A DNA stretch of 64,000 bases from an uncultured virus (IMG/VR IMGVR_UViG_3300035686_000079) (taxonomy: Duplodnaviria > Heunggongvirae > Uroviricota > Caudoviricetes), in the IMG/VR virus record IMGVR_UViG_3300035686_000079; one strand, written 5' to 3'. Positions 48,800 to 57,615 of this stretch are shown here, one piece after another. The first letter of the stretch is position 1. The number at the start of each line of letters is the position of its first letter. The position numbers and the translations under genes are program-made. The notes under the pieces were generated by a model that saw only the letters and a program-made list of their open reading frames with translations, made no database searches and was not told the origin of the DNA.

Positions 48800-49615
48800 A
48801 TGGTAATTACAACTCCCCTCCGTTACCCTGGCGGAAAGGCAAAGGCTATCAAAAAAATAATCAAATATCTGCCTCATGATTTTTCTGAATACAGAGAACC
48901 TTTTGTAGGGGGAGGTTCTCTGTTTATTTATTTGAAGCAGAAGCAGCCTTACCTAAAAATTTGGATAAACGACTTAAATACTGAGTTGTTTCTTTTCTGG
49001 AAAGTCGTTCAACTTGATTGCGAGACCCTAGTTAAAGAGGTGCGAAAAATAAAATGTCAACACACAAACGGCAGGTTGCTTTTTGATACTCTCGCCACAA
49101 CAAAACTAGAAGAATGCTCAGAGCTTCAGAGAGCAGTGCGTTTCTATGTTCTCAATAGAATCTCTTTTTCAGGTACAGTAGATGCTGGCGGCTTTTCTTT
49201 AAGCTCTTTTCAAGGGAGATTTACTGATTCAGCTATAGAGCGCTTGTCCAAGTTAAACCAGCTATTAGGAGGTAAGGACGCGGTAACAAATTTAGATTAC
49301 AGTGAAGTGCTAGAGACGGGTGGGAAGGATGTGTTTATGTTCTTAGATCCACCTTACTGGGTTGCAATCAAGTCAAAACTGTATGGAAAGAGAGGTAGTT
49401 TACACACCTCTTTCGATCACGTTCGGTTTGCTGAGGCATTAAAAAACTGCAAGCACAAGTGGTTAATCACTTATGATGACTCACCTCAGATTCGGCACAA
49501 CTTTAAATGGGCTAATATTTTTGAGCTTCAGCTCCAGTACAGCATGAATAACTACAAACAGGTCAAAGCTGAAAAAGGAAAAGAACTCATAATCACAAAC
49601 TATGATGTTAAGTGA
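48800..49615 (+). CDS. Dam-like (D12 class) N6-adenine DNA methyltransferase
   Basis: PLRYPGGK, EPFVGGGS, INDLN, FLDPPY. Confidence 0.92.
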   Translation: MVITTPLRYPGGKAKAIKKIIKYLPHDFSEYREPFVGGGSLFIYLKQKQPYLKIWINDLNTELFLFWKVVQLDCETLVKEVRKIKCQHTNGRLLFDTLATTKLEECSELQRAVRFYVLNRISFSGTVDAGGFSLSSFQGRFTDSAIERLSKLNQLLGGKDAVTNLDYSEVLETGGKDVFMFLDPPYWVAIKSKLYGKRGSLHTSFDHVRFAEALKNCKHKWLITYDDSPQIRHNFKWANIFELQLQYSMNNYKQVKAEKGKELIITNYDVK

Positions 49616-49655
49616 TTTTTGATGGCAACCTAATTAATTACAGAAAAGAGAGCTT

Positions 49656-50903
49656 ATGGCACGTAAAACTTCAACAAAAACAAAACCTGTCGAACCCAAA
49701 ATTGAATCAACAGTATTTAGCGTTCATTTTTCCGAATCAGAATTTCTAAGGTTTTGTGAAAGAGTGCAACATGCCAATAGAGTTATACCTGACTGTCCAG
49801 TTCATCCCATGTTAGGGAACTTAAAATTGGTGGCTTCCTCAGAAGGGAGCCTGGAGATTACAGCTTTCGATATGCAAACCGGAATTCAGTTCTTGGTTGA
49901 AGCCAAGGTCAACCAAGAAGGCTCTATTCTGCTACCTGGTAAGCTTTTTTCTGGAATACTGACTAAGTTTCCCTCAGGAGAGTTTTCGATTGACTGCATC
50001 GCTCAAGAGGAAGGAAGGGCAGGTGTCAATGCGACCTTGCGATCGGGGGAGATCAGATACCAGGTCAAAGGATTTGATGTCTCCAAGCTAGAAAGCTTCG
50101 ACGAATATCCAGATCTTCCCGACCCAGAAGAGGAGGGCGAAGCTCCTCAAGTCGTACAAATCCAAGCAGACCTACTTAAGCGCGGCCTTACTGGCACGCT
50201 GTTCTCTACTGGCAAGGATGAAACCAAGCAAATTTTGCAAGGGGTGAAGTTAAAGTTATCTGGTAAGAGAGTGGAATTCACCTCAACCGATGGACATCGA
50301 TTGAGCTATTTGAGGTTTCGTAGTTTTCAGTCAGAAGATTTTTCTCAGGTGTTGCCTAAAGCTTTTTTGGTTGAAGCCCTTAAAATTTTAGGGTCTGAAA
50401 AAGAAGAAATCATTACGATCTACTCTTCAAAGAGGACGATCTGTTTGAGAGAAAAAAACTATTCCTTAATCGTTCGATTAATTGAAGGACAGTTCCCACC
50501 CGTCGAGCAATTTATTGCCAGTACGATAACGCCAATTCAAGTACGTGTTGATACGAAGGCGCTTTCTCGAAGTGTTTCTGTTTTGTCTGCAATAGGAGAA
50601 CAAGCAGAAAGAGGGCTTTTAAAGATGGAAATTCAAGAGCATTCGATTGTAATGGAGGTAATAGCCAAGGATTCGGGAAGAGGTACAGAGACGGTTTCAT
50701 GCAATGCTACTGGCGTTGATGGGACGTTTGTTGTAGGTATGAACTCTAAATATCTTCAGGCGGTTATTAATAACATTCCAACAGATACCGTTGTATTGCG
50801 TTTCAAAAGTGCAATACAACCCATTCTTTTTACGGCTGAGTCTACGGATGAGATTAGTGAAGAGTTTATTTACCTAATGATGCCGATCGAGCTTCCAAAA
50901 TAA
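49656..50903 (+). CDS. dnaN: DNA polymerase III beta sliding clamp
   Basis: HPMLGN, DETKQILQGV, STDGHRLS, RLIEGQFP, GMNSKYL, YLMMPI. Confidence 0.92.
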   Translation: MARKTSTKTKPVEPKIESTVFSVHFSESEFLRFCERVQHANRVIPDCPVHPMLGNLKLVASSEGSLEITAFDMQTGIQFLVEAKVNQEGSILLPGKLFSGILTKFPSGEFSIDCIAQEEGRAGVNATLRSGEIRYQVKGFDVSKLESFDEYPDLPDPEEEGEAPQVVQIQADLLKRGLTGTLFSTGKDETKQILQGVKLKLSGKRVEFTSTDGHRLSYLRFRSFQSEDFSQVLPKAFLVEALKILGSEKEEIITIYSSKRTICLREKNYSLIVRLIEGQFPPVEQFIASTITPIQVRVDTKALSRSVSVLSAIGEQAERGLLKMEIQEHSIVMEVIAKDSGRGTETVSCNATGVDGTFVVGMNSKYLQAVINNIPTDTVVLRFKSAIQPILFTAESTDEISEEFIYLMMPIELPK

Positions 50904-50912
50904 TTTCTTCTA

Positions 50913-50960
50913 AAACAACAAAAAGCTCAGTCCAGATAGGGCTGAGCTTTTTATTGTTTT
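50913..50960. terminator. terminator
   Basis: AAAAAGCTCAG..CTGAGCTTTTT. Confidence 0.8.
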
Positions 50961-51011
50961 TTCGGTAACCAAGGATGTCAAGATATAGATATCCCTCTAT
51001 CAATTTAATTT

Positions 51012-51377
51012 GTGACAGAAAAAATATTGATAGCTGAAGATGATACGATGTCGCGGGAAAATATCATTGAAATCCTCGACATAGAAGGATACGAATCGGT
51101 TAGCACGGGTGATGGCACTGAAGTTTTGCCGTTGGCTTTGTCCTGCAAACCAGATTTAATTCTGTGCGATTTGTCACTCATCAATCTTGATGGCATCGCT
51201 GTATGCCAGCAGCTCAGGGCAGAGTCAGCTACAGCGCAAATTCCCATTTTGATACTGAGCGCTCATGCCACTCAGCGCGATATCAAGCGTGCCCTCAACG
51301 CTGGAGCAAGCTCTTACATGGTAAAGCCGTTCCATATCGACCAGTTGATCGAGCGAATAAAAGAATTACTGCGCTAA
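51012..51377 (+). CDS. stand-alone response regulator receiver (CheY-like)
   Basis: ILIAEDD, PDLILCD, LILSA, YMVKPF. Confidence 0.92.
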   Translation: MTEKILIAEDDTMSRENIIEILDIEGYESVSTGDGTEVLPLALSCKPDLILCDLSLINLDGIAVCQQLRAESATAQIPILILSAHATQRDIKRALNAGASSYMVKPFHIDQLIERIKELLR

Positions 51378-51886
51378 GGTAGCGCAAAGAACTCCTCCGG
51401 CCCAACCATCTTGGGTTGAAGTTGCGGACCTTCGATCGTCCCCTTATGGGCGTTAACTAATTTGTACTGGTAGAACACGAGGTTACCCCGGTGGATGTTC
51501 GACGGCTCGTCGGTTAGGTGCATCTGGTAATACACGCCCTCAAACAACAGCCGAGTGTCTTTGGTTACTTTCCCTTGGTGGAAGCCGTAGCGCGGCAACA
51601 GGTTAACGTACAGCTCGCTAGCGCGGACAATGCCCCCCTTGCCACCATCTACAGACAGCTGAGCCATGCTCTGTACCTCCACGAAGCCTACAACTTTGTC
51701 GGTACAAACGTATATCTCCTTCTGTGGAATGCCGTGGGCATAGTCAATTTGCCGATCGACTATGCGCTTGCACAAACAGAGGTAATGATCGTGTTCCTTG
51801 ACCAGACGATCGAATGCCGGGATGTCGTACCAAGGTTGCTGGGGCGTTCCTTGGGAGGTGCTGGCGGGATATTTAGGAAGGTACAT
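51374..51886 (-). CDS. hypothetical, possible head-closure/adaptor protein
   Basis: Downstream of baseplate genes; beta-rich. Confidence 0.5.
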   Translation of the reverse strand: MYLPKYPASTSQGTPQQPWYDIPAFDRLVKEHDHYLCLCKRIVDRQIDYAHGIPQKEIYVCTDKVVGFVEVQSMAQLSVDGGKGGIVRASELYVNLLPRYGFHQGKVTKDTRLLFEGVYYQMHLTDEPSNIHRGNLVFYQYKLVNAHKGTIEGPQLQPKMVGPEEFFALP

Positions 51887-51895
51887 CTTGGATAA

Positions 51896-52120
51896 TCAAT
51901 AGTAAACTTTCACGTCGGCTAGCTCGGCGTAATTGAGCTTTTCGGCGGCTTCTTTGATCGCCTCTTGCTGTTTTTTCAACTCCCCAAACTCTTCGCGCTC
52001 CTCCTCTGTTAAGTTGTACCACAGTATAGTTCTCTCGTTGTCCATACTGCTTAACTGAGTTCTTAAGTGCGGTATGAGTGTTGTTATGGTTAATAGCCTA
52101 GCTACTTTTGGGGAAATCAT
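51896..52120 (-). CDS. hypothetical protein
   Basis: ATGA overlap with the baseplate J stop. Confidence 0.55.
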   Translation of the reverse strand: MISPKVARLLTITTLIPHLRTQLSSMDNERTILWYNLTEEEREEFGELKKQQEAIKEAAEKLNYAELADVKVYY

Positions 52121-53304
52121 CGAATCCAATTAAACGTGACACTATCATTAAGTTTAAACAAAGCTCCCAGTTTAATTTCAGCTTCCAGCTCAGCCAAGGG
52201 TTGTCCTGTTTCGGCATGAAACAGATTCATATTGTCAATTCCGTAGATGTTGCCAGAACCCTGAACTAGGGCAGAAGCTAGGCTAGAACTAAAAGTTCGA
52301 TCGCCCCACGAACCATACGGAGGATTGATTTGGTTTACTACTACAGACGCGGCTTCCGTGAGTACTTGGGAGGCGGAGATGGAGCTGACAATTCTCGTGT
52401 CTATAGTTCCATTCAACGGAATGATTTCTGATTTGTAGACTCCTACTCTCGTCCCAGAAAGCTTTCGGTCTACCATCACTTCTTGAACGTAGTCCGACAC
52501 ATCTGGAGGATAAACCACAATTGAAATCATATCCGCGTCATAGCCAGGATTGGTGTATTCAATTCCTGGTAGAACACGCGCTTTTTGAGCGCCCGACCAG
52601 AGGGCGGTGAGGTAGTAGTGCCGATCGGTTGTTATTCCGGTGGGCATTTGCAATTGCTGCCTTGCTCTCAAGACTGCCTGGGACAATGTTTCGGCATCAC
52701 GTCCGGGATAAACGATCGTCGTCCCTTGGGCGCGATCGACATAGTTGAGTAAGTCTTGCAGCCAAACAAACTCTCCCGCCGAGATATTTGGAGAAATTTT
52801 GCCACGACGGTTGAGGCGAGCGGGGACGACAACAGAGGACTGGGAACTGGGAATTTCTGCGTATTGGGTGGTAACGCAATGTAAATCGGCTTCCCGGTTG
52901 CTGAACACTTTGGTGCCAACTGGGATAATGGCGGCTTGGGTGCCGTAGTCGTATTCACCAGACGATCGGTAAAAGGTTATGTCGATGCGTGGGTAATCCG
53001 CATCCTGCATCTCAATTCCCCAGACCCTCAGCCAGTTTACGTAGACATAATCTGGAATTAGGTTCGCTTCATGCATTTGCATCTGCATGAGGAAAATAAC
53101 GTGCTCCATTAGGATGCCTTCGGCGGTCAGTGGGTTACGACTGGAGAACGGGCTAGGAGTGCCATCCGCTAGAGGCATGGCTAACCTGTCCATGGTTTCT
53201 CTGTAGAGTTGTTTCCCGTCAATATCAAATAGACGCCGTGGTCTAATATTGTTCGGCTCCTGAGACAACAGGTCGTCGAGCTGGTAAAACCATTCGTATG
53301 TCAT
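52117..53304 (-). CDS. baseplate J/gp47-like wedge protein (5' 37 codons supplied by a recoded copy)
   Basis: EANLIPD..WLRVWG, IIPVGTKV, VVVPA, GRDAETLSQAVLR, GITTDRHY. Confidence 0.8.
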   Translation of the reverse strand: MTYEWFYQLDDLLSQEPNNIRPRRLFDIDGKQLYRETMDRLAMPLADGTPSPFSSRNPLTAEGILMEHVIFLMQMQMHEANLIPDYVYVNWLRVWGIEMQDADYPRIDITFYRSSGEYDYGTQAAIIPVGTKVFSNREADLHCVTTQYAEIPSSQSSVVVPARLNRRGKISPNISAGEFVWLQDLLNYVDRAQGTTIVYPGRDAETLSQAVLRARQQLQMPTGITTDRHYYLTALWSGAQKARVLPGIEYTNPGYDADMISIVVYPPDVSDYVQEVMVDRKLSGTRVGVYKSEIIPLNGTIDTRIVSSISASQVLTEAASVVVNQINPPYGSWGDRTFSSSLASALVQGSGNIYGIDNMNLFHAETGQPLAELEAEIKLGALFKLNDSVTFNWIR

Positions 53305-53358
53305 TTTGCTTGAAGATTTGATGACTTATTGTATGGTATCGAATTGAATTTAACGCAA

Positions 53359-53385
53359 ACAACCCGCCCAGTCCGGACGGGTTGT
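53359..53385 (-). terminator. terminator hairpin
   Basis: ACAACCCG..CGGGTTGT downstream of the 53411 gene. Confidence 0.65.
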
Positions 53386-53410
53386 AGACAGGATTTTGAT
53401 TCATCAAAGG

Positions 53411-53671
53411 CTAATCGTTGACTTCTTCCGCTCCTTGACCAAAACTTTCTTCTGTCAGCCAACGTTGCTTTAATTCTTCAGTAGTGCATCCTTGGGCTTT
53501 TGCTTCATCTTCAATCAGTCCGTTGATCGTGGGTACATTTGCCTCAATTCGAGCGCTAATTATTTGCCCTGCATAGGTCGCCTTTGGCTTACCATGCCAC
53601 CTCGACCAGAAAATCAAATTTCGCATCTCGGCTTCGCTGAGCTGGATGGTCACACGGTAGACTTTTGCCAT
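53411..53671 (-). CDS. small RHH-like DNA-binding protein
   Basis: YRVTIQLSEAEMRNLIFWSRWHGKPKATYAGQII. Confidence 0.6.
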   Translation of the reverse strand: MAKVYRVTIQLSEAEMRNLIFWSRWHGKPKATYAGQIISARIEANVPTINGLIEDEAKAQGCTTEELKQRWLTEESFGQGAEEVND

Positions 53672-53862
53672 TTTTCAAAAAGAATTGCTGATTACGATCT
53701 AATTCTATGCTTATTCTGCTCGTATGTGGTTAAATGATGATGAGGGCAATACAACGTCCTCAAAAGCAAGTGGTCGCACCCACTTAGGAGTACGACCAAC
53801 CGTGTCTGATATAGGCGATGACAGCACCTAAGTCAGGCAACTTCACCTCCACATGAGTAGAC

Positions 53863-54276
53863 ATGCAAAGGAGCATATTCATCATGACAAATTTTGTTAT
53901 TTATAGCGCAAGTTACGGGCTTTCTCTTTCAGTTGAGACAGCCCGCAATGTCTGCGCTTACTTTTTTGGGTACGATACTCTACCCCCAGAACAGCGACTA
54001 GAGAAAGAAACCGCTCGCGGATACAAATCAAGATGTGTCAGGCTATTAAACAAGCTGTGTTCTGTGAGCGAACGAAGCATTAGGCGTTGGGGCAGAGGTT
54101 TAGATTTCGATAATATGCCACCGATTCGCCAAGCGCAGCTCACTATACTGATGTTGCGCGATCGCCTGCAAAAAGCCGAATCCCAGATTCAGCAGAAAGA
54201 TGAGCAAATCAAGAAGATGCGACGTGCGATCGATCACCTTCGGTGGCAATTGGATGAAGCTCGTAGGGTAGCTTAG
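53863..54276 (+). CDS. HTH plus coiled-coil protein upstream of tnpB
   Basis: RLLNKLCSVSERSIRRWG; C-terminal heptads. Confidence 0.6.
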   Translation: MQRSIFIMTNFVIYSASYGLSLSVETARNVCAYFFGYDTLPPEQRLEKETARGYKSRCVRLLNKLCSVSERSIRRWGRGLDFDNMPPIRQAQLTILMLRDRLQKAESQIQQKDEQIKKMRRAIDHLRWQLDEARRVA

Positions 54277-54314
54277 CACCTAGTTCAAGAGAAAGTACAA
54301 CTGTTCAATATCTC

Positions 54315-55619
54315 ATGAGACTAACGCACATCTACAGAATTAAGCCTTCCACTGAGCAAGTCGCCATTATGGACGACTGGCTAGAGTTACTAAGGCGGCA
54401 TTTCAACTACGCCCTCGGTCAACGATTTGATTGGTTGCGTAGAACACGATGCCAGATTGATAGATGTAGCTTGGTTTCAGAGCCAATTGGCGATATACTA
54501 GGTAAATTTCCTGGGTACAACTTTCAAGCTGGGGAGCTGAAGCAAACCAAGCAACTGTTCCCTGCGTACAAAGAAATTCATGCTGAGGTTCAACAGCAGA
54601 ATCTCAAGCGCTTAGACAGGGCTTGGGAGAGATGGATAAAGCCTGATAAATCGGGCAAGAGAGCGGGTAGACCCAGGTTCAAAAAGAAAGGGGAAATGCG
54701 CTCGTTCACCTTTCCCAGGATTAACTGCCCAAAAGCAGGAGCAAACAAGATTGATGATGGCGTTTTAACCTTATCCAAGATAGGGTCAATGCCAGTCATC
54801 ATGCACCGTCCATTCCCTGACGGATTTGAGTTGAAAACTGCAACCGTCGTCAAGAAAGCTGATGGATGGTATATCGCTGTTTCTCTAGAAGACGATTCTG
54901 TTCCAAGTTCCAAGCCCATTGATGAAGTTAAGAGTGTAGTGGGCATTGACCTGGGGCTTAAGTCTTTTTTGGTGACATCTGATGCTGAGACTGTAGAAGT
55001 TCAACAACACTACAGAAAAACCCAGAAGCACCTTGCCCGTCAGCAGAAACGCTTAGCCAGGAAAGAACCTGGTTCTATTAACGCACAAGATCAAAAGGAA
55101 AAAATCTCCCGCATCCACCAACGTATAGGTAGGAAGCGGGAGATTTTTCATTACAATGTCGCTCATCAACTCGTCAAAAAGTATGACTTAATAGCTGTTG
55201 AAGACTTAAATATCAAGGGATTAGCTAAAACACGTTTAGCTAAATCAATTTACGATGTGGCTTGGGGTAAGTTCCTGACAATACTGGAAGCAGTGGCTCT
55301 CAGAAGCGGCGTACATCTTGTTAAGGTTAGCCCTCACAACACCACAGTAAATTGTTCTGGCTGCGGCACTAAAGTACCCAAAACATTATCTGTTCGTCTT
55401 CACGAATGCCCGAAGTGCAACCTGGAGATAGACAGAGACGAGAATGCTGCAATCAACGTTTTACATAAAGCGTTAACTGCCGTGGGACTCACGGTGGCTG
55501 CCTATCGACGGTTAAGTGGTAGCACTCCGGATGAAATAGGAATGCCTAACTGCGAAGTTGGGAAGCTGCCGCTATATTCGCAAGAATTAGCGGTAGAGGA
55601 TGTCACAGTCTCACGATAA
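54315..55619 (+). CDS. tnpB: TnpB RNA-guided nuclease with intact RuvC
   Basis: GIDLG (D), VEDL (E), CSGC/CPKC Zn finger, DRDENAA (D); stop codon lies beyond the right end. Confidence 0.95.
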   Translation: MRLTHIYRIKPSTEQVAIMDDWLELLRRHFNYALGQRFDWLRRTRCQIDRCSLVSEPIGDILGKFPGYNFQAGELKQTKQLFPAYKEIHAEVQQQNLKRLDRAWERWIKPDKSGKRAGRPRFKKKGEMRSFTFPRINCPKAGANKIDDGVLTLSKIGSMPVIMHRPFPDGFELKTATVVKKADGWYIAVSLEDDSVPSSKPIDEVKSVVGIDLGLKSFLVTSDAETVEVQQHYRKTQKHLARQQKRLARKEPGSINAQDQKEKISRIHQRIGRKREIFHYNVAHQLVKKYDLIAVEDLNIKGLAKTRLAKSIYDVAWGKFLTILEAVALRSGVHLVKVSPHNTTVNCSGCGTKVPKTLSVRLHECPKCNLEIDRDENAAINVLHKALTAVGLTVAAYRRLSGSTPDEIGMPNCEVGKLPLYSQELAVEDVTVSR

Positions 55620-55626
55620 AGCTGTT
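55480..55626 (+). ncRNA. TnpB omegaRNA (scaffold to 55606, guide from 55607)
   Basis: Overlaps tnpB 3' end; hairpin CTGCCGCTA..TAGCGGTAG then GGATGTCAC; 5' boundary approximate. Confidence 0.65.
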
Positions 55627-55717
55627 TTCCGTCGATATCAAACAGACGCCGAGGCCTTATATTATTCGGCTCCTGAGATAACAGGTCGTCGAGCTGGTAA
55701 AACCATTCGTAAGTCAT
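55607..55717 (-). pseudogene. orphaned original 5' end of baseplate J gene (37 codons)
   Basis: Same peptide as 53304-53194; ATG overlaps the gp25 TGA; interrupted at the element right end. Confidence 0.88.
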
Positions 55718-56286
55718 ATGTCGGTTGAAAATGATAGCGGCACGGGTGTGGTGTTGAATTCAGAAGGGAGCGATCGCAATTCAAATGCCTCACCATCAAG
55801 AGAAATATTGCGAATCAACTCGGCAACTGATTGAACACGGTTGTGGTAAACCGAAGGTTGGAAGTAACCGAAGGATAAAACACTGTTTTCGCCAGAGCCG
55901 ATCGCAGTAAATGCGATATTGACCGTGATGCAGTTAGTGTAGACGGTCTGCGGGTCTACGCTAACTTGCAAGGCATTAATCCCAATAAACCCCCAGCGGT
56001 TCCACCGTTCGATCTCCTCTTTACAGTGGTACACGAAATAACTACAAGTCTGGGAGTTGAGCGAGTCAAATAAGTCGGGAGCTATACCCAGTCGGACGTG
56101 GAAGACACTTTCTCCCGGTCGCATCAGAAGTACTACCAAGATTCGGCGAGCCACCACATGTGAAATAGCTCGTGCCTGCTCAAATGTGTTGCCGTCGTCT
56201 GGATACGAGCCGACAATGTTCAATCCTCCCCAGTTGTTGTGAGGAGGGAATAGTGCCCATTCGGAGCCGATAAAAGTTTGCTTCAC
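55714..56286 (-). CDS. GPW/gp25-like baseplate wedge protein
   Basis: RRILVVLLMRPGESVFHVRLG..LFD; precedes baseplate J. Confidence 0.75.
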   Translation of the reverse strand: MKQTFIGSEWALFPPHNNWGGLNIVGSYPDDGNTFEQARAISHVVARRILVVLLMRPGESVFHVRLGIAPDLFDSLNSQTCSYFVYHCKEEIERWNRWGFIGINALQVSVDPQTVYTNCITVNIAFTAIGSGENSVLSFGYFQPSVYHNRVQSVAELIRNISLDGEAFELRSLPSEFNTTPVPLSFSTDI

Positions 56287-56492
56287 TGATTTTCCTCTGG
56301 CACTAACTTAACGAGAGATGTGATCGCCTTTTCTAAGTAAAATTGCCCCATACCCTGATAATGTATGGGGTTTATTTTTTGCCGTGCCTCTAAGCGATCG
56401 TGTATAGTAGCCAATGCTACGATCATTTCTTTGGTTTCATCGTCGAAACTCAATATGGGTTCCGATACTGGAGATGAACTTTCTGTGTTCAT
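56283..56492 (-). CDS. small helical-hairpin protein
   Basis: Overlaps the gp25 start; IHDRLEARQ..YLEKAITSL. Confidence 0.55.
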   Translation of the reverse strand: MNTESSSPVSEPILSFDDETKEMIVALATIHDRLEARQKINPIHYQGMGQFYLEKAITSLVKLVPEENQ

Positions 56493-56519
56493 TGATTTTT
56501 CTGTTGACTCGAAAACCTT

Positions 56520-57593
56520 GTGGTCAATCTAGATCGAAGTATATTCCAAGATGTAGAACTGGGGGAATTGGGACTATCTCTCCCAGTTGGCTTAAAGGTG
56601 GGCGACAAGCGGTTTGTTGACTACACGTTCTATTCCTACACGGGGGTAAACGACCTGGAGCTGGGTGACCTGGAAGACGTTAACAAAAACCACAAGTATC
56701 GAATCAACCGTATCTATTCCAAATTGCTCTCCCTAATGGTGGAGTCGATAGACAACTACCAGCTAAAGGAAATTTGCCAAATGCTGGATACTACCCCAGT
56801 CAGGCTATTTGAGAGCATGTATTTGGCAGATGTACTGTCAATGCTATTGAATCTACGACTGTTTAGTTACGGCTCAGAGATTGGCTTAAACGGAATTTGC
56901 CCCTGTGCCGAACAGCATCAACTAAGGGCTGGGCAACAGGGGCAAGGCTATCACGACCTCAATTCGATCGTTATTCGGCGGGTGCATGAGTCGATCGCCA
57001 ATCCCTTCCCATTAACGGCGGAATTAGTTGATGGAGTTGAAGTAGATGGCAATCTTATCAAGACAATAGAATTTGAGCCATTGCGGTTTGAGCAGTTGAG
57101 GGAACTCAAGGAGTTACAAGAATACCCCCTACACATCCGGCTTTTGTATTTGTGTTCTACCAACCCCAAATTCAACGATGCTCTGTACGATCGCCTGTCG
57201 TTGGATGACATCGACATACTCAGAAAAGCCTCTCTGCTGCTAGAGCGGTTTGGCCCCAACCGGGATATTGAGATGGACTGCGCCTGGGACAAGTGTCCAC
57301 ATGGCGGCATGGAGTGGAAATCACGCTTGATTCTGGGGGAGAACTATGAAGAGTTTTATGCAGGGCTGATGTGTGCTCCTAGGATGCACGCGGATATTGG
57401 AGGCACGAGGGCGTATTTCGATGAGATTTCATTCTTTTGGAGTACCGGGCAAGATGCCCCCTCGAAAGACCTGGATGCAATACTAACCAAGACCCCTTTG
57501 AGCCGGGATAACATCACCGAGAAGCTCAAGGAGTTCTATGCCTCGCAGAAGAAGGCGCACGATGAAGCTATGGCTAAGTCGAAACGAAAATAA
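56520..57593 (+). CDS. putative tail/baseplate assembly protein
   Basis: LPVG..., MYLADVLSMLLNLRLFSYG..CPC, LVDGVEVDG..IEFEPLR, C..CPH; T4 gp26/chaperone-like pattern. Confidence 0.5.
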   Translation: MVNLDRSIFQDVELGELGLSLPVGLKVGDKRFVDYTFYSYTGVNDLELGDLEDVNKNHKYRINRIYSKLLSLMVESIDNYQLKEICQMLDTTPVRLFESMYLADVLSMLLNLRLFSYGSEIGLNGICPCAEQHQLRAGQQGQGYHDLNSIVIRRVHESIANPFPLTAELVDGVEVDGNLIKTIEFEPLRFEQLRELKELQEYPLHIRLLYLCSTNPKFNDALYDRLSLDDIDILRKASLLLERFGPNRDIEMDCAWDKCPHGGMEWKSRLILGENYEEFYAGLMCAPRMHADIGGTRAYFDEISFFWSTGQDAPSKDLDAILTKTPLSRDNITEKLKEFYASQKKAHDEAMAKSKRK

Positions 57594-57615
57594 CACCGTT
57601 CGATCGAACGGTGTT
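57592..57615. repeat. 24-bp palindrome family, copy 9 (spans both stop codons of convergent genes)
   Basis: Perfect copy; symmetry 57587-57620; TAA 57591-57593 and TTA 57614-57616. Confidence 0.97.

Larger units (their letters stand above)
53194..55606 (+). mobile_element. tnpA-less tnpB cassette inserted after codon 37 of baseplate J, carrying the recoded gene 5' end and two small genes
   Basis: Duplicated 37 codons (53194-53304 vs 55607-55717); right-end hairpin ending TCAC at 55606. Confidence 0.8.

Noticed and set aside
53194..55606. IStron (group I intron) or simple target-site duplication
   Set aside because: No intron core was recognised and tnpB is antisense to the host gene. The gene is restored by a duplicated 5' end. 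IS200/605 elements make no TSD, and the 111-bp copies differ only synonymously.
55502..55717. 71-aa ORF as an independent gene
   Set aside because: It is the orphaned baseplate-J 5' end reading on into the antisense of the tnpB right end.
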